Source of the DNA: a virus
Strand: one strand, 5' to 3'
DNA: 64,000 nucleotides
IMG/VR virus record: IMGVR_UViG_3300009151_000057
Coordinates: 1-64,000 of that record
The notes under the pieces are model-generated. The model saw only the letters and a program-made list of their open reading frames with translations, ran no database searches and was not told the DNA's origin. The position numbers and the translations under genes are program-made. Shown piece by piece: positions 1 through 9,596 of this stretch; position 1 is the stretch's first letter, and each line of letters starts with the position of its first letter.

Positions 1-309
1 AAATGTATAGTTAATTTTCAAGTTAAATTCTTGACTATTACAAGAAACATTTATTATTGAATAACCACAATTAGTTTTATCTTCAGAAATTTTAATTTCT
101 GATTTATCAAATCCAGCTACATTTAGCATAGCTACATAACGATCTGGCTTATCAATAAAAGTAATTCCTTGTCTATTACTATTATAACTATGTTTATTTA
201 TTGCTACAATAGAGTCTTTCATCAATGAATTATTATTGCTTGTTGTGAAGAGTCCATTAATATCTAATGGCGTTAATGATGTTAGTGTATTTAATGTTGA
301 GTTAAACAT
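1..309 (-). CDS. Small heat-shock protein (Hsp20-like), truncated by window edge
   Basis: Manually translated from ATG at 309: MFNSTLN...ITFIDKPDRYVAMLNVAGFDKSEIKISED, resembling the alpha-crystallin core (Y.....vpGf.k.eI.I). Confidence 0.6.
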   Translation of the reverse strand, partial: MFNSTLNTLTSLTPLDINGLFTTSNNNSLMKDSIVAINKHSYNSNRQGITFIDKPDRYVAMLNVAGFDKSEIKISEDKTNCGYSIINVSCNSQEFNLKINYTF

Positions 310-330
310 AGAATTTTATTATAATATTTT

Positions 331-1395
331 TTATGCTAATTGAATCTTAGAGAGAATTTCATCTAAAGACTTTTTATATGTGAATTTTTGACCCATAATT
401 GAGCCACACATGTTAAATTGTCCCGCCAGTGTCTCACTTTTTTCCATAGCTGAAATTAATTCATTTTCATCAAATGTTAAGAATGTTCCTTGATTAAAAG
501 AGTCATTTTCTTTAAAAAACACTCCATCTTGTACAGACTCTTCTCCATTTGGTTGAACTAATATTGAATTATCTTCGCTTGCCCATTCTTTATGGGCAGT
601 TCCGTTTAATACAATACTCCATTTGCCCAATGCAGTAGCATTAAAAGCTGGAAGATTCCATCCTTCTCCTCCAGATAATCCAGTTAAATCAATATCAATT
701 GCATTTAAAAAATCATTAACTTCAGTATTTGATTTTAACCAAGGTAAAAAATTAATATTTGAATAATGTTTTCCTTCTGTTAAATTTGCAATGATTTTTT
801 GCATATCTTCTGGTTTAAAAAATGGATTTGTAATACAACAACTTAATAAATATTTGTTATTATTACCGTACTTTTTAAGCCATGTTTTAATAATTTTTTC
901 AGTATGTTTTCGTTTTTCAAACTTTCCACAAAGTCCAAAATGAATAACATCTTGCATGTATTTTTTTTCTGTTGCATGAAAGTCTTCATCAAGACCTAAT
1001 GAAAAAGTATCGGATCCATCAAACTGATCTTTAGCAAACTCAGAAGAGAAAAATGTTTTATCTTGCATTTTAGCAATATTTTTCTCAATATTAGTTGGAG
1101 AATTACATTCGTAAAATGTTAATAAATATTGTCTTCTGGATCTAAGTTGATCAGATCCATTCAAATGCCATAGTTTTAATGTAGTTAAATCTTTATTTAA
1201 AGCATCATGACGATGATTCATTGAGTGATTCAACCAATCAACAAATTGATTGGGGACTTTAAATGATGTTAAATCAATATTTCCTATTGGAAAATATGCT
1301 ATTTCAATTCCAGCTTTAAAAAATTCTCTTAAAAAATTAAAAGAAACATTTCCAAAACTTAATTGATTTAATGGTGCTTCTACAATTAATTTCAT
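331..1395 (-). CDS. Glycosyltransferase (GT-B, GT4-like)
   Basis: CGKFEKRK and GEGWNLPAFNATALGK match the GT4 signature. Confidence 0.8.
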   Translation of the reverse strand: MKLIVEAPLNQLSFGNVSFNFLREFFKAGIEIAYFPIGNIDLTSFKVPNQFVDWLNHSMNHRHDALNKDLTTLKLWHLNGSDQLRSRRQYLLTFYECNSPTNIEKNIAKMQDKTFFSSEFAKDQFDGSDTFSLGLDEDFHATEKKYMQDVIHFGLCGKFEKRKHTEKIIKTWLKKYGNNNKYLLSCCITNPFFKPEDMQKIIANLTEGKHYSNINFLPWLKSNTEVNDFLNAIDIDLTGLSGGEGWNLPAFNATALGKWSIVLNGTAHKEWASEDNSILVQPNGEESVQDGVFFKENDSFNQGTFLTFDENELISAMEKSETLAGQFNMCGSIMGQKFTYKKSLDEILSKIQLA

Positions 1396-1398
1396 TTA

Positions 1399-1842
1399 TT
1401 AAAATGGCACATCAGAATCATCTAAATCTGAATGGGAAGATGATTTGGTATTTTTGGTATTTTTGGATGTTTTAGATGGTTCTGTATTATTTGATCCAGT
1501 AGGCTTTTTTTCCTTAGTCTCTGTTTCGTCTTCTTTCTTTCCTGTTGAACAAAATCTAACATCTTGTGCTTTGACATAAAGTTTAGAAAATTTTTGTCCG
1601 TCTTTTTCCCAGGTATCCATGCAAAGTCGCCCATCTACAATTACAGTTCGACCCTTCTTTAACCATTGTGCGCAAAATTCAGAGATTTTTTCCCAAGCTT
1701 CAACATCAATAAAAACAGAATTATCCTTTCTAAAAGGATCATCAACTGCAAGTCTCAACTTAGAGATTCCAGTTCCATTTGCTGTAAATTTTGTCTCTGG
1801 ATCAGAGACAAGGTTTCCAATTAGTACTACTTTATTATACAT
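1399..1842 (-). CDS. ssb: Single-stranded DNA-binding protein
   Basis: MYNKVVLIGNL..DPE OB-fold start; acidic C-terminus DDSDVPF. Confidence 0.95.
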   Translation of the reverse strand: MYNKVVLIGNLVSDPETKFTANGTGISKLRLAVDDPFRKDNSVFIDVEAWEKISEFCAQWLKKGRTVIVDGRLCMDTWEKDGQKFSKLYVKAQDVRFCSTGKKEDETETKEKKPTGSNNTEPSKTSKNTKNTKSSSHSDLDDSDVPF

Positions 1843-2407
1843 AAATATCTTTTTTAATTTCTTCTATGAATCTATCGTGGATGTTTATACAGCCTTGAAC
1901 ACTAACATTTAATTGGGCTGAAATATTTTTCCAAGGCATGGTTTTATTTTTTTCTCCTACCTTGTAGCGTAACTCTATAATTTTTGATACCCTTTTGTCA
2001 AGATGATTCTGAGCTTTTTCGTAAATTTTTGTTATCATTTCTTTTGAAGAAATATTTTCGACTAGTTTAGAGTCTGTGAAATTACAATCTTCTTTTAAAT
2101 TATCAATATCTATATATTTATATTTTGTCCCTCTATTAAACATATTGAGACATTTCCACTTTGTCTCATTTCCTAAATATGTAGAAAATTTTGTATTCCT
2201 ATCTGGATCATAATTTAAAATTGCTTTATAAATAGATATATTTTTTTCGTCTATGATATCATTTTTATCTAAAAAATCGCAATCGTTTGGTATCACAGAA
2301 TTAACCATATCCAAATAAATTCCAGAATGTCGTTCTATTAATTCGTTTAATGAAGTTTCATCCCCTTCATTTTTTACTTTTTTTATAAGGGATATGTCGC
2401 TTTCCAT
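1835..2407 (-). CDS. Phage RNA polymerase sigma factor (sigma70 family, regions 2 and 4)
   Basis: YKAILNYDPDRNTKFSTY (region 2); IIELRY...WKNISAQLNVSVQGCINIH (region 4 HTH). Confidence 0.85.
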   Translation of the reverse strand: MESDISLIKKVKNEGDETSLNELIERHSGIYLDMVNSVIPNDCDFLDKNDIIDEKNISIYKAILNYDPDRNTKFSTYLGNETKWKCLNMFNRGTKYKYIDIDNLKEDCNFTDSKLVENISSKEMITKIYEKAQNHLDKRVSKIIELRYKVGEKNKTMPWKNISAQLNVSVQGCINIHDRFIEEIKKDIYV

Positions 2408-2967
2408 AAATCTATGTATCCATCTTGTTGTAGGATAGCTATAATAAAAGATTCAACCATTTCTTCAATTTCATTTTCGTTGTCTGTAGTTGTCCAAGTA
2501 TATAAAAATGAAGATTTACAAGCGACTATTGGAGCATTTTCTTCTTCTTCTTTATTGGCTGGAGTTACATAATGACCTTCTGAAATAGTTCGACTTAGAT
2601 TTAATAAAAAAGAATGTTTTGAATTTAAAATCCAATCAGCTTCATTTTCATATCTAATATCAGTTACTACTGGAAGAGTTCTTGGTTCAAAATTTGAATC
2701 TAAAATATTTATCCAATGATCTGGATCTGCTTTTCTCCAAGATTCGCCATAGCCAACAAGTAGCGGTCTTATAATTTTCTTTTCTTCACTATCTTTTGTA
2801 AAAGCAGAAATATTAAAATCACCTTCTGTTAAAAAGGTAATATCAGTTTTTAACTGAGTTGCTAAAGCGTAAGTTTTAGCTTTAATTCCATATCTAGTTA
2901 AAATTTTAACTAGAGCTTCTCCAAAAGTGTCTTTTCCTGTTCTTGCGTATCCAGATATTCCAAACAT
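2383..2967 (-). CDS. Deoxynucleoside monophosphate kinase
   Basis: GISGYARTGKDT P-loop; R.LL..YG..WR; VVTDIRYENE. ATG at 2967 preferred over upstream GTG. Confidence 0.85.
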   Translation of the reverse strand: MFGISGYARTGKDTFGEALVKILTRYGIKAKTYALATQLKTDITFLTEGDFNISAFTKDSEEKKIIRPLLVGYGESWRKADPDHWINILDSNFEPRTLPVVTDIRYENEADWILNSKHSFLLNLSRTISEGHYVTPANKEEEENAPIVACKSSFLYTWTTTDNENEIEEMVESFIIAILQQDGYIDLWKATYPL

Positions 2968-2968
2968 A

Positions 2969-3490
2969 TTATTCTCCTGTGCTTCCAAATTTTCCAGTTG
3001 ATCTTCTAGATGGCGCTAACTCTGGTACATAAACATGTTCAACTTCAATAGTTTCATTAACTATTAATTGACATATTTTATCTCCATTTTTATAAACCTT
3101 ATCAAAATCAATAGAACATACAAATTGCTCTAATTGAGCGTCCCATTTTAAATCCTTTGGTTGAAAAACATATTTAAATCTAACAAATATTTGATCTCTG
3201 TATTCGGGATCAATCAAACCAACAGAATTCGCTAAAAGTAAATTATATTTTGAAATACTGGATCTAGGTCTGACATCAATATATAAATTTGTTTCTGAAT
3301 TCTTTTGAAGGCAATCAATAAATAAATTTGTTTCAAATTCAATAAAATCAACAGATCTCCAATTTCCATCAGTTGCTTTAACTCCTATTACTTTAGGTTC
3401 CGAAGTGCAACGCACATCAATGCCAATATCGGAAGAATGAGTTTTTTCTTCTAATTTTAAATTGTTTTTTATAAAAATTCTTTTTGTCAT
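2969..3490 (-). CDS. dut: dUTPase (trimeric)
   Basis: Motifs GIDV, RPRSS, GLIDPEYR, ICQL, RSTGKFGSTG. Confidence 0.93.
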   Translation of the reverse strand: MTKRIFIKNNLKLEEKTHSSDIGIDVRCTSEPKVIGVKATDGNWRSVDFIEFETNLFIDCLQKNSETNLYIDVRPRSSISKYNLLLANSVGLIDPEYRDQIFVRFKYVFQPKDLKWDAQLEQFVCSIDFDKVYKNGDKICQLIVNETIEVEHVYVPELAPSRRSTGKFGSTGE

Positions 3491-3498
3491 TTTTTTAT

Positions 3499-3798
3499 TT
3501 ATTTATTTAAAAGCTCTTCTAAAGATTTAGCTTCTGAATGAAAACCAGCATTTGCCAAAATCATTGGAGAGTAAAATTCTATAATTTCATTTTCCTCTTT
3601 ATCTAAAAAGAGATTATTATCTAATTTTTTTATTGCGATTGAAGCCGTTAATGAAAATTTATCGGATTCATCAGTCATCATTATATTCTCTATTGCCAAC
3701 GTAGCAGCATTTTCTTCAGAATCCGATTCTACTATACATTGCCAATCAGCGCTTTGACATAGATATAAAAATTCTAAATTGTTAATTTTCCTAATCAT
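3499..3798 (-). CDS. Hypothetical protein
   Basis: ORF; start reassigned to ATG 3798, 7 nt after a sigma70-like -10. Confidence 0.65.
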   Translation of the reverse strand: MIRKINNLEFLYLCQSADWQCIVESDSEENAATLAIENIMMTDESDKFSLTASIAIKKLDNNLFLDKEENEIIEFYSPMILANAGFHSEAKSLEELLNK

Positions 3799-3805
3799 TA
3801 TTAAT

Positions 3806-3833
3806 AGAATATCTTCTTTTCTGAGAAAGTCAA
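3806..3833 (-). promoter_or_regulatory. Sigma70-like promoter for the leftward gene block
   Basis: TTGACT-16 nt-TATTCT, ATG 7 nt downstream. Confidence 0.6.
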
Positions 3834-3841
3834 CATAAAAT

Positions 3842-3913
3842 ATGATTTTTTTAAAAATCATTCTGAGCGCAGCGAAGATTAAAAACGGTTTTTAATTTGG
3901 AGGCGTTTCGCTG
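3842..3913. repeat. Two adjacent inverted repeats in the divergent intergenic region
   Basis: ATGATTTTT/AAAAATCAT (3842-3861); CAGCGAA-GATTAAAAAC/GTTTTTAATT..TTCGCTG (3870-3913). Confidence 0.6.
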
Positions 3914-3985
3914 AAAATATTTTAACTACACTTTTTTGGCAATGTCAAGCCTAAAATGCAAGTTCTTTAATTTTTTTGTTTATTC

Positions 3986-4013
3986 TTGACCTACGCATTT
4001 AGATGTGTAAAAT
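3986..4013 (+). promoter_or_regulatory. Sigma70-like promoter of nrdBA, overlapping a GTGTAA element
   Basis: TTGACC-16-TAAAAT; GTGTAA at 4005-4010. Confidence 0.55.
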
Positions 4014-4023
4014 CATAACCACT

Positions 4024-4995
4024 ATGATTTTCGAGGAACAAATCTCGCGAAAACCCAACCTATACCCTTGGACTGAAAAATTTAAAAAAGTAATGCATGA
4101 CGGTTTTTGGACAGACAAACAATTTTCTTTTGCTTCAGATACGCAACAGTTTAAAACCGACTTAAACGACAAAGAAAGAGAAATTATTGTTAGGACGCTA
4201 TCTGCTATAGGACAGATAGAGGTAGCCGTGAAGACGTTTTGGGCTAAATTAGGAGACAACCTACCACAGCCTTGTTTTCAAGATCTTGGTTATGTAATGG
4301 CAAATGTCGAAGTAATTCATAATGACGCATACGAAAGATTACTTTCTGTTTTGGGGCTAGAAGACGTTTTTGAACAAAATTTAAAACTTGATTGGATACA
4401 GGGTAGAGTCAAATATTTAAAAAAGTATACACATAAGTTCTACAAAGATAGCAAGAAACAATATCTATATGCAATTATCTTGTTCACTCTTTTTGTAGAA
4501 AATGTATCTTTATTTTCTCAATTTTACGTCATTAATTGGTTTGCAAGATTTAAAAACGTCTTAAAAGACACAGATCAACAAGTAAAGTACACTAGGAACG
4601 AAGAGAATATTCATGCTTTGGTTGGTATTAAAATTATTAACACAATCAGAGAAGAGTACCCAGATTTGTTTGACCAAGAATTACAGGATAAAATTCTAAA
4701 TGAAGCCCATGAAGCTTTTGAGTCTGAATCAAAAATTATTGATTGGATGGTAAATGGTACAAATGAAACTAATTTAAGCGCTGATATTTTGAAAGAATTT
4801 ATTAAAAATAGAATCAACGAATCTTTGTTGCAAATAGGATTTGCAACTCCTTTTGTCTGCGACAAAGGAATCTTAGAAAAAACAAATTGGTTCACGGAAG
4901 AATTGTTTGCAAACAATATGGCAGATTTTTTTCATTCTAAGCCAACAGAATACTCACAAAAGGATCAATCATTTACAGCTGACGATTTATTTTAA
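4024..4995 (+). CDS. nrdB: Ribonucleotide reductase class I beta subunit
   Basis: FW motif, EVIHNDAY, ENVSLFSQF, RNEENIH diiron ligands, DFF..KPTEY tail. Confidence 0.95.
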   Translation: MIFEEQISRKPNLYPWTEKFKKVMHDGFWTDKQFSFASDTQQFKTDLNDKEREIIVRTLSAIGQIEVAVKTFWAKLGDNLPQPCFQDLGYVMANVEVIHNDAYERLLSVLGLEDVFEQNLKLDWIQGRVKYLKKYTHKFYKDSKKQYLYAIILFTLFVENVSLFSQFYVINWFARFKNVLKDTDQQVKYTRNEENIHALVGIKIINTIREEYPDLFDQELQDKILNEAHEAFESESKIIDWMVNGTNETNLSADILKEFIKNRINESLLQIGFATPFVCDKGILEKTNWFTEELFANNMADFFHSKPTEYSQKDQSFTADDLF

Positions 4996-4996
4996 T

Positions 4997-6670
4997 ATGG
5001 AAGATATATACTGGTTAAACGAAGAATCTAGAATTTTTTTGAGTAGAGGCTATTTATTAGACGGAGAAACAGCAGAACAAAGGATAAAAGACAATGGTAT
5101 AACAGCAGAAAATATTTTAAAAAATCCTGTATATGGAAATCCTGCACAATTTAATGGGTTTGCAGATAAATTTGAATCTTATTTGAAAAGGGGTTGGTAT
5201 ACACAAAGTTCCCCAATCTGGTCTAATTTTGGAAGAGAAAGGGGTTTGCCAATCTCTTGTTTTGGATCATATGTTTCAGATACTATGGACGCAATTATGG
5301 ACAAGGTATCCGAAGTTGGAATTATGACAAAAGGTGGTGGCGGTACATCTGCATTTTTTGGAGAGTTGCGTCCAAGAGGATCGGTTATTTCTTCTGGTGG
5401 CAAATCTACTGGAGCGGTCCACTTCATGCAGTTATTTGATAAATTGATGCAAGTAGTTTCACAAGGAAATGTAAGAAGGGGATCATTTGCATCTTATCTT
5501 CCTATTGATCATCCAGACATACATGAATTTTTAAAAATTAAAGGAGAGGGAGATCCAATTCAAGATATTTCAATAGGAGTATGCATTTCTGATGATTGGA
5601 TGAAGTCAATGATTGGTGGCGATAAAGAAAAAAGAAATATTTGGGCATTGTTAATCGAAAAGAAATTCCAAAGTGGATATCCATATATTTTCTTTACTGA
5701 CAATGTAAATAATGCAGCACCTCAAGTTTACAAAGACAAAGGATTAAAAATATCCCACAGTAATCTATGCACAGAGATAATGCTTTCAAATTCCGAAACA
5801 GAATCTTTTGTTTGCAATCTTTCTTCTTTAAATTTGGAAAAATGGGAGGAATGGAAAGATACGGACGCTGTAGAAACTCTAGTTTTCTTTTTGGACGCTG
5901 TAATGACAGAGTTTATAAATAAAACAGAAAATATGCATCACATGCAATATGCTAGAAATTTTGCTATCAATCAAAGAGCGTTGGGTATTGGTGTCGTTGG
6001 CTGGCACTCCTTATTACAATCAAAAATGATTGCGTTTGAATCTATGGAGGCTAAATTTTTAGATTCTAAGATTTGGAAAACAATTCGCCAACACGCGGAT
6101 GCAGCCACAGAAAAACTTGCTGGATATCTAGGAGAACCCCCTTTACTTGAGGGCTATGGAAGAAGAAATGTTACAACACTAGCTATCGCGCCAACAACTT
6201 CTAGTTCGTTTATTCTTGGTCAAGTCTCTCCAAGCATTGAGCCACTAATGGATAATTACTTCGTTAAAGATTTAGCAAAGTCTAGATCTTCATATAGAAA
6301 TCCATATTTAAAGAGTGTTTTAGCTGATCATTATAAAGATAATGAAGAAATATGGACTAGTATTTTAAAGTCTGGCGGTAGCGTTCAACATTTAAATTTC
6401 TTATCAAAAAAAGAAAAAGATGTGTTCAAAACATTCGGAGAAATTAGCCAAAAAGAAATTGTCATACAAGCATCTAGAAGACAAAAATATATTGATCAAG
6501 GACAAAGTTTAAATCTTAGAATTCATAAAAATACAAAACCAAAAGAAGTAAGCGAATTAATGATCTTTGCTTGGGAACAAGGAATTAAATCTTTATACTA
6601 TCAAAGGGGTGTAAATCCATCTCAAGAACTTGCTAGATCAATTATGGAGTGCAAGAGTTGCGAATCTTAA
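4997..6670 (+). CDS. nrdA: Ribonucleotide reductase class I alpha subunit (compact, no ATP cone evident)
   Basis: ISCF, SNLCTEI, AIAPT, KSLYY, C-terminal CKSCES. Confidence 0.95.
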   Translation: MEDIYWLNEESRIFLSRGYLLDGETAEQRIKDNGITAENILKNPVYGNPAQFNGFADKFESYLKRGWYTQSSPIWSNFGRERGLPISCFGSYVSDTMDAIMDKVSEVGIMTKGGGGTSAFFGELRPRGSVISSGGKSTGAVHFMQLFDKLMQVVSQGNVRRGSFASYLPIDHPDIHEFLKIKGEGDPIQDISIGVCISDDWMKSMIGGDKEKRNIWALLIEKKFQSGYPYIFFTDNVNNAAPQVYKDKGLKISHSNLCTEIMLSNSETESFVCNLSSLNLEKWEEWKDTDAVETLVFFLDAVMTEFINKTENMHHMQYARNFAINQRALGIGVVGWHSLLQSKMIAFESMEAKFLDSKIWKTIRQHADAATEKLAGYLGEPPLLEGYGRRNVTTLAIAPTTSSSFILGQVSPSIEPLMDNYFVKDLAKSRSSYRNPYLKSVLADHYKDNEEIWTSILKSGGSVQHLNFLSKKEKDVFKTFGEISQKEIVIQASRRQKYIDQGQSLNLRIHKNTKPKEVSELMIFAWEQGIKSLYYQRGVNPSQELARSIMECKSCES

Positions 6671-6706
6671 TGACTTTTTATAAAAATTAGTGTAATATTT
6701 TATCAA

Positions 6707-7693
6707 ATGGAACTCGATTTTTCTGAACAAATTAAAAAATTGTTCGCAAGCAAGGCAGAAAAAACCTGCCCAAATTGCGACAAACCAATGTCAATGTGCA
6801 AATGCGATACATCTAAATCCAAGATGCATCCTGACAAGGAAGATAAGAAAGATAAAGAAATGGAAAAAGGAGATCCAAATGCTGAAAAAGATGAAAAAAT
6901 GAAAGCTAAAAAAGCTCAAGAATCTAAAGACATTAAAGATATTGAGAAAAAAGGCGACATGAATTCAAAAGCTGGGAAGATGTGTTCAAAATGTATGTCT
7001 AAAATGGAAGATACATATGCAGATAAAATGTGCAAAAAATGTATGGCAGAAATGGATGACACATATGCTGCGAAATCAAAAAATGCTACGAATAAAGATG
7101 TAGAAGAAGATCCAAAACATGAGGCTGGAGAATCTCAAGATGAAGAAAATAAAGAAGATCTTGAGAAAATGAATAAAAAAACAAAAGCAAAAAATAAAGA
7201 TCCAGAAGAAGACCCGAAACACGAAGCTGGAGAATCTAAAGATATTGAAGATAAAGAAGATTCTCAGCAAACGAATAAAAAAACAAAAGCCAAAAATAAA
7301 GTAAAAGCATCCTTACAAAGCAAAGTAGAAAAATTTAACGAAAATAATGATCGTCAAATTACTTTAGCTCAAGTTGAGGAAGTTTTTAATAGAGGGTTAA
7401 AAGCTTTTGACACTAATCATAGAGTTGGAGTTTCTAAAATTCAATGGGCATTCGCTAGAGTTAATTCATTTTTTAAGATGGTTTTAAATCAAGTTGTTAA
7501 TACATCTTATGCAAAAGCAGATAGTGATATTCTAACAAATAATTTTGATTCCTCAAATACAGAATTTTCTGCATTTTCAGATATTGAATTTCAATTAGCA
7601 AAAATTTCAATTATAGAAGCTGGTTTAACCGATACAGAGTTACTTGAAGAAGTATCTTTTGCGGCAGAAGATAAAAAAAAAGCAAGACTCTAA
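6707..7693 (+). CDS. Repeat-rich charged protein with CxxC motifs and DUF5824-like C-terminal domain; probably fused to the next ORF by a -1 shift
   Basis: VFNRG..AF...HR.G....QWAFARVNSF motif; GTGTAA 11 nt upstream. Confidence 0.75.
   Translation: MELDFSEQIKKLFASKAEKTCPNCDKPMSMCKCDTSKSKMHPDKEDKKDKEMEKGDPNAEKDEKMKAKKAQESKDIKDIEKKGDMNSKAGKMCSKCMSKMEDTYADKMCKKCMAEMDDTYAAKSKNATNKDVEEDPKHEAGESQDEENKEDLEKMNKKTKAKNKDPEEDPKHEAGESKDIEDKEDSQQTNKKTKAKNKVKASLQSKVEKFNENNDRQITLAQVEEVFNRGLKAFDTNHRVGVSKIQWAFARVNSFFKMVLNQVVNTSYAKADSDILTNNFDSSNTEFSAFSDIEFQLAKISIIEAGLTDTELLEEVSFAAEDKKKARL
6977..7068 (+). repeat. Two 48-bp in-frame repeats (KMCxKCMxxMxDTYA)
   Basis: Copies start at 6977 and 7025. Confidence 0.8.
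7102..7301 (+). repeat. Two 102-bp in-frame repeats (EEDPKHEAGES...NKKTKAKNK)
   Basis: Copies start at 7102 and 7204. Confidence 0.85.
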
Positions 7694-8256
7694 ATAAACC
7701 TTTTAGATTACCTTCTGGATCTAAAAAGAAATTTGGAGTTTATGTAAAAAACGATAAAGGAAATGTCGTTATGGTCAAGTTTGGAGATCCAAACATGACT
7801 ATAAAAAGAGATAATCCTGAGCGTAGAAAAGCTTATAGAGCAAGACATGGTTGCGACAACCCTGGTCCAAAATGGAAGGCTAATTATTGGTCATGTAAAA
7901 ACTGGAGCAAGACTCCAGTTAGCAAAATAACATCTTCAGAAACATTTTCGCAATCACTCTCTCAAAATTGCAGATGTGGATGCGAGAGTGCAACTTGCCA
8001 AGAAAAAGATATAACCGATTTAATTGAAATTGAAGGTGCAAAAAAGGGTCTTTGGGATAATATAAGAGAAAAGAAACAAAGAATGGGTAAAAAATATAAA
8101 CCTGCAAAACCAGGCTCTGAAGATTACCCAGAAAAAGAAGCTTACAAAAAAGCCCAAGCAGAAGAATATGACTGGGATGGAGAACAAGAATTTAATCAAG
8201 AAGAATTTTTATTGTTGGATCCATCTTTAGCTAACGTAGAAATTATAGAAGATTAA
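7675..8256 (+). CDS. DUF5754-like phage protein domain; reading frame opens at the A9 run, first ATG at 7771
   Basis: LNKPFRLPSGSKKKFGVYVKNDKGNVVMVKFGDPNM..KRDNPERRKAYRARHGC...YWSC..W; the conserved-looking N-terminal part lies upstream of the ATG. Confidence 0.75.
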   Translation, partial: KKSKTLNKPFRLPSGSKKKFGVYVKNDKGNVVMVKFGDPNMTIKRDNPERRKAYRARHGCDNPGPKWKANYWSCKNWSKTPVSKITSSETFSQSLSQNCRCGCESATCQEKDITDLIEIEGAKKGLWDNIREKKQRMGKKYKPAKPGSEDYPEKEAYKKAQAEEYDWDGEQEFNQEEFLLLDPSLANVEIIED

Positions 8257-8268
8257 GTTATTATTTGA

Positions 8269-9045
8269 GTGATTTCCATTTATCATTCAGCTTTTAATTT
8301 AAATAAACATGGATTTGTTGGATGGCAGGACTGCTTAGGCAAGTCCTGCCATTTTGCTGACGAGGTTGTGGTTGCAATAAACACATCGGAAGATGATACG
8401 GAAAACAGTATAAGAAAAATTCTAGCAAAAGAAGCAAAGTCTTATCAGATTATAAATACATCTTTTGATTACAAAGATCCTTGGTTAGATGGCAAAATTA
8501 AAAATGCCGCGTTGCAAAAATGCACACAAGAATTTAAAATTCAATTAGATCTTGACGAGTACATTCCTATTGCACAAAGGAGCTTATGGAATAACTTGTG
8601 TTTTAGATTAAAATTTAATTCTGATATTCAATGCGTCGCTGTACCATCAGTAGATCTTTACAAAGATTTTCAGCATTTTAAATCAATAAATCACAAACAA
8701 TATCTCAATAAAGGCATTGCCTATAGAGCGCCTCAAATTGCCGCTAGAAAATCAGATGGAACCATCAATACATTAATGAGTGATGGCTGTGACCTTGTTG
8801 ATGAAAATGGAAATTTTATTCCTACACAAGGACTAGATAATAGACTAGAAGCATTAGAATCAAATCAAATTCCATTTGTAGTTCATATTGGATACGTTGA
8901 TTTAAATTCTAGATTAAAAAGAAATCATGAATTCTGGAATGAACATTGGTATGTAGAAGGAGGAGGGCAATCTCCAGCTCATAAAATTCACATGGAAGAA
9001 AAAGATTTTGATTATGAAATTTTCGAACACAAATTAAATTTATGA
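8269..9045 (+). CDS. Glycosyltransferase GT-A (GT2-like)
   Basis: FADEVVV..SEDDT; KNAALQKC; LDLDE (DxD). Confidence 0.8.
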   Translation: MISIYHSAFNLNKHGFVGWQDCLGKSCHFADEVVVAINTSEDDTENSIRKILAKEAKSYQIINTSFDYKDPWLDGKIKNAALQKCTQEFKIQLDLDEYIPIAQRSLWNNLCFRLKFNSDIQCVAVPSVDLYKDFQHFKSINHKQYLNKGIAYRAPQIAARKSDGTINTLMSDGCDLVDENGNFIPTQGLDNRLEALESNQIPFVVHIGYVDLNSRLKRNHEFWNEHWYVEGGGQSPAHKIHMEEKDFDYEIFEHKLNL

Positions 9046-9596
9046 AACAACATTTTTTTGAAAAAGTAGAAGGATGGTTTTCCTATCCGCAATTATATGC
9101 TTATGCAGTTCATAGTTTCCCATATGGAAAATTTGTAGAAATAGGAACTTGGCTTGGTCAAAGTGCAGTATTTATGGCTGTAGAAATAGCAAACTCAAAA
9201 AAGAATATTGATTTCTTTTGTGTCGATACTTGGAAAGGCAGTGAAGAACACATGGACGACCAAAGAGTTGTTGAAGATAAATTATACGAAACTTTCTTAG
9301 AAAATATTAAACCAATTAGCGAATACATAATCCCAATGCGACTAAGATCCGATCAAGCGGCAAGTCACTTTAAAGATGAATCTTTAGACTTTGTATTTAT
9401 TGACGCAAATCATGAATACGAAGAAGTAAAAAAAGATATTGAATTGTGGTATCCCAAAGTAAAAAAGGGCGGTATTTTTGCTGGCCACGATTATAGCGAT
9501 ACTTGGCAAGGAGTTGTTCAAGCAGTAAACGAGTGGTCACAAAAAAACAATATACAAGTATCAACAGCAGAACTTTGTTGGATAACAAGAAAATGA
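9042..9596 (+). CDS. Class I SAM-dependent methyltransferase (Methyltransf_24-like)
   Basis: VEIGTWLGQS, VDTW, DFVFIDANHEY, GGIFAGHDY. Confidence 0.9.
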   Translation: MKQHFFEKVEGWFSYPQLYAYAVHSFPYGKFVEIGTWLGQSAVFMAVEIANSKKNIDFFCVDTWKGSEEHMDDQRVVEDKLYETFLENIKPISEYIIPMRLRSDQAASHFKDESLDFVFIDANHEYEEVKKDIELWYPKVKKGGIFAGHDYSDTWQGVVQAVNEWSQKNNIQVSTAELCWITRK

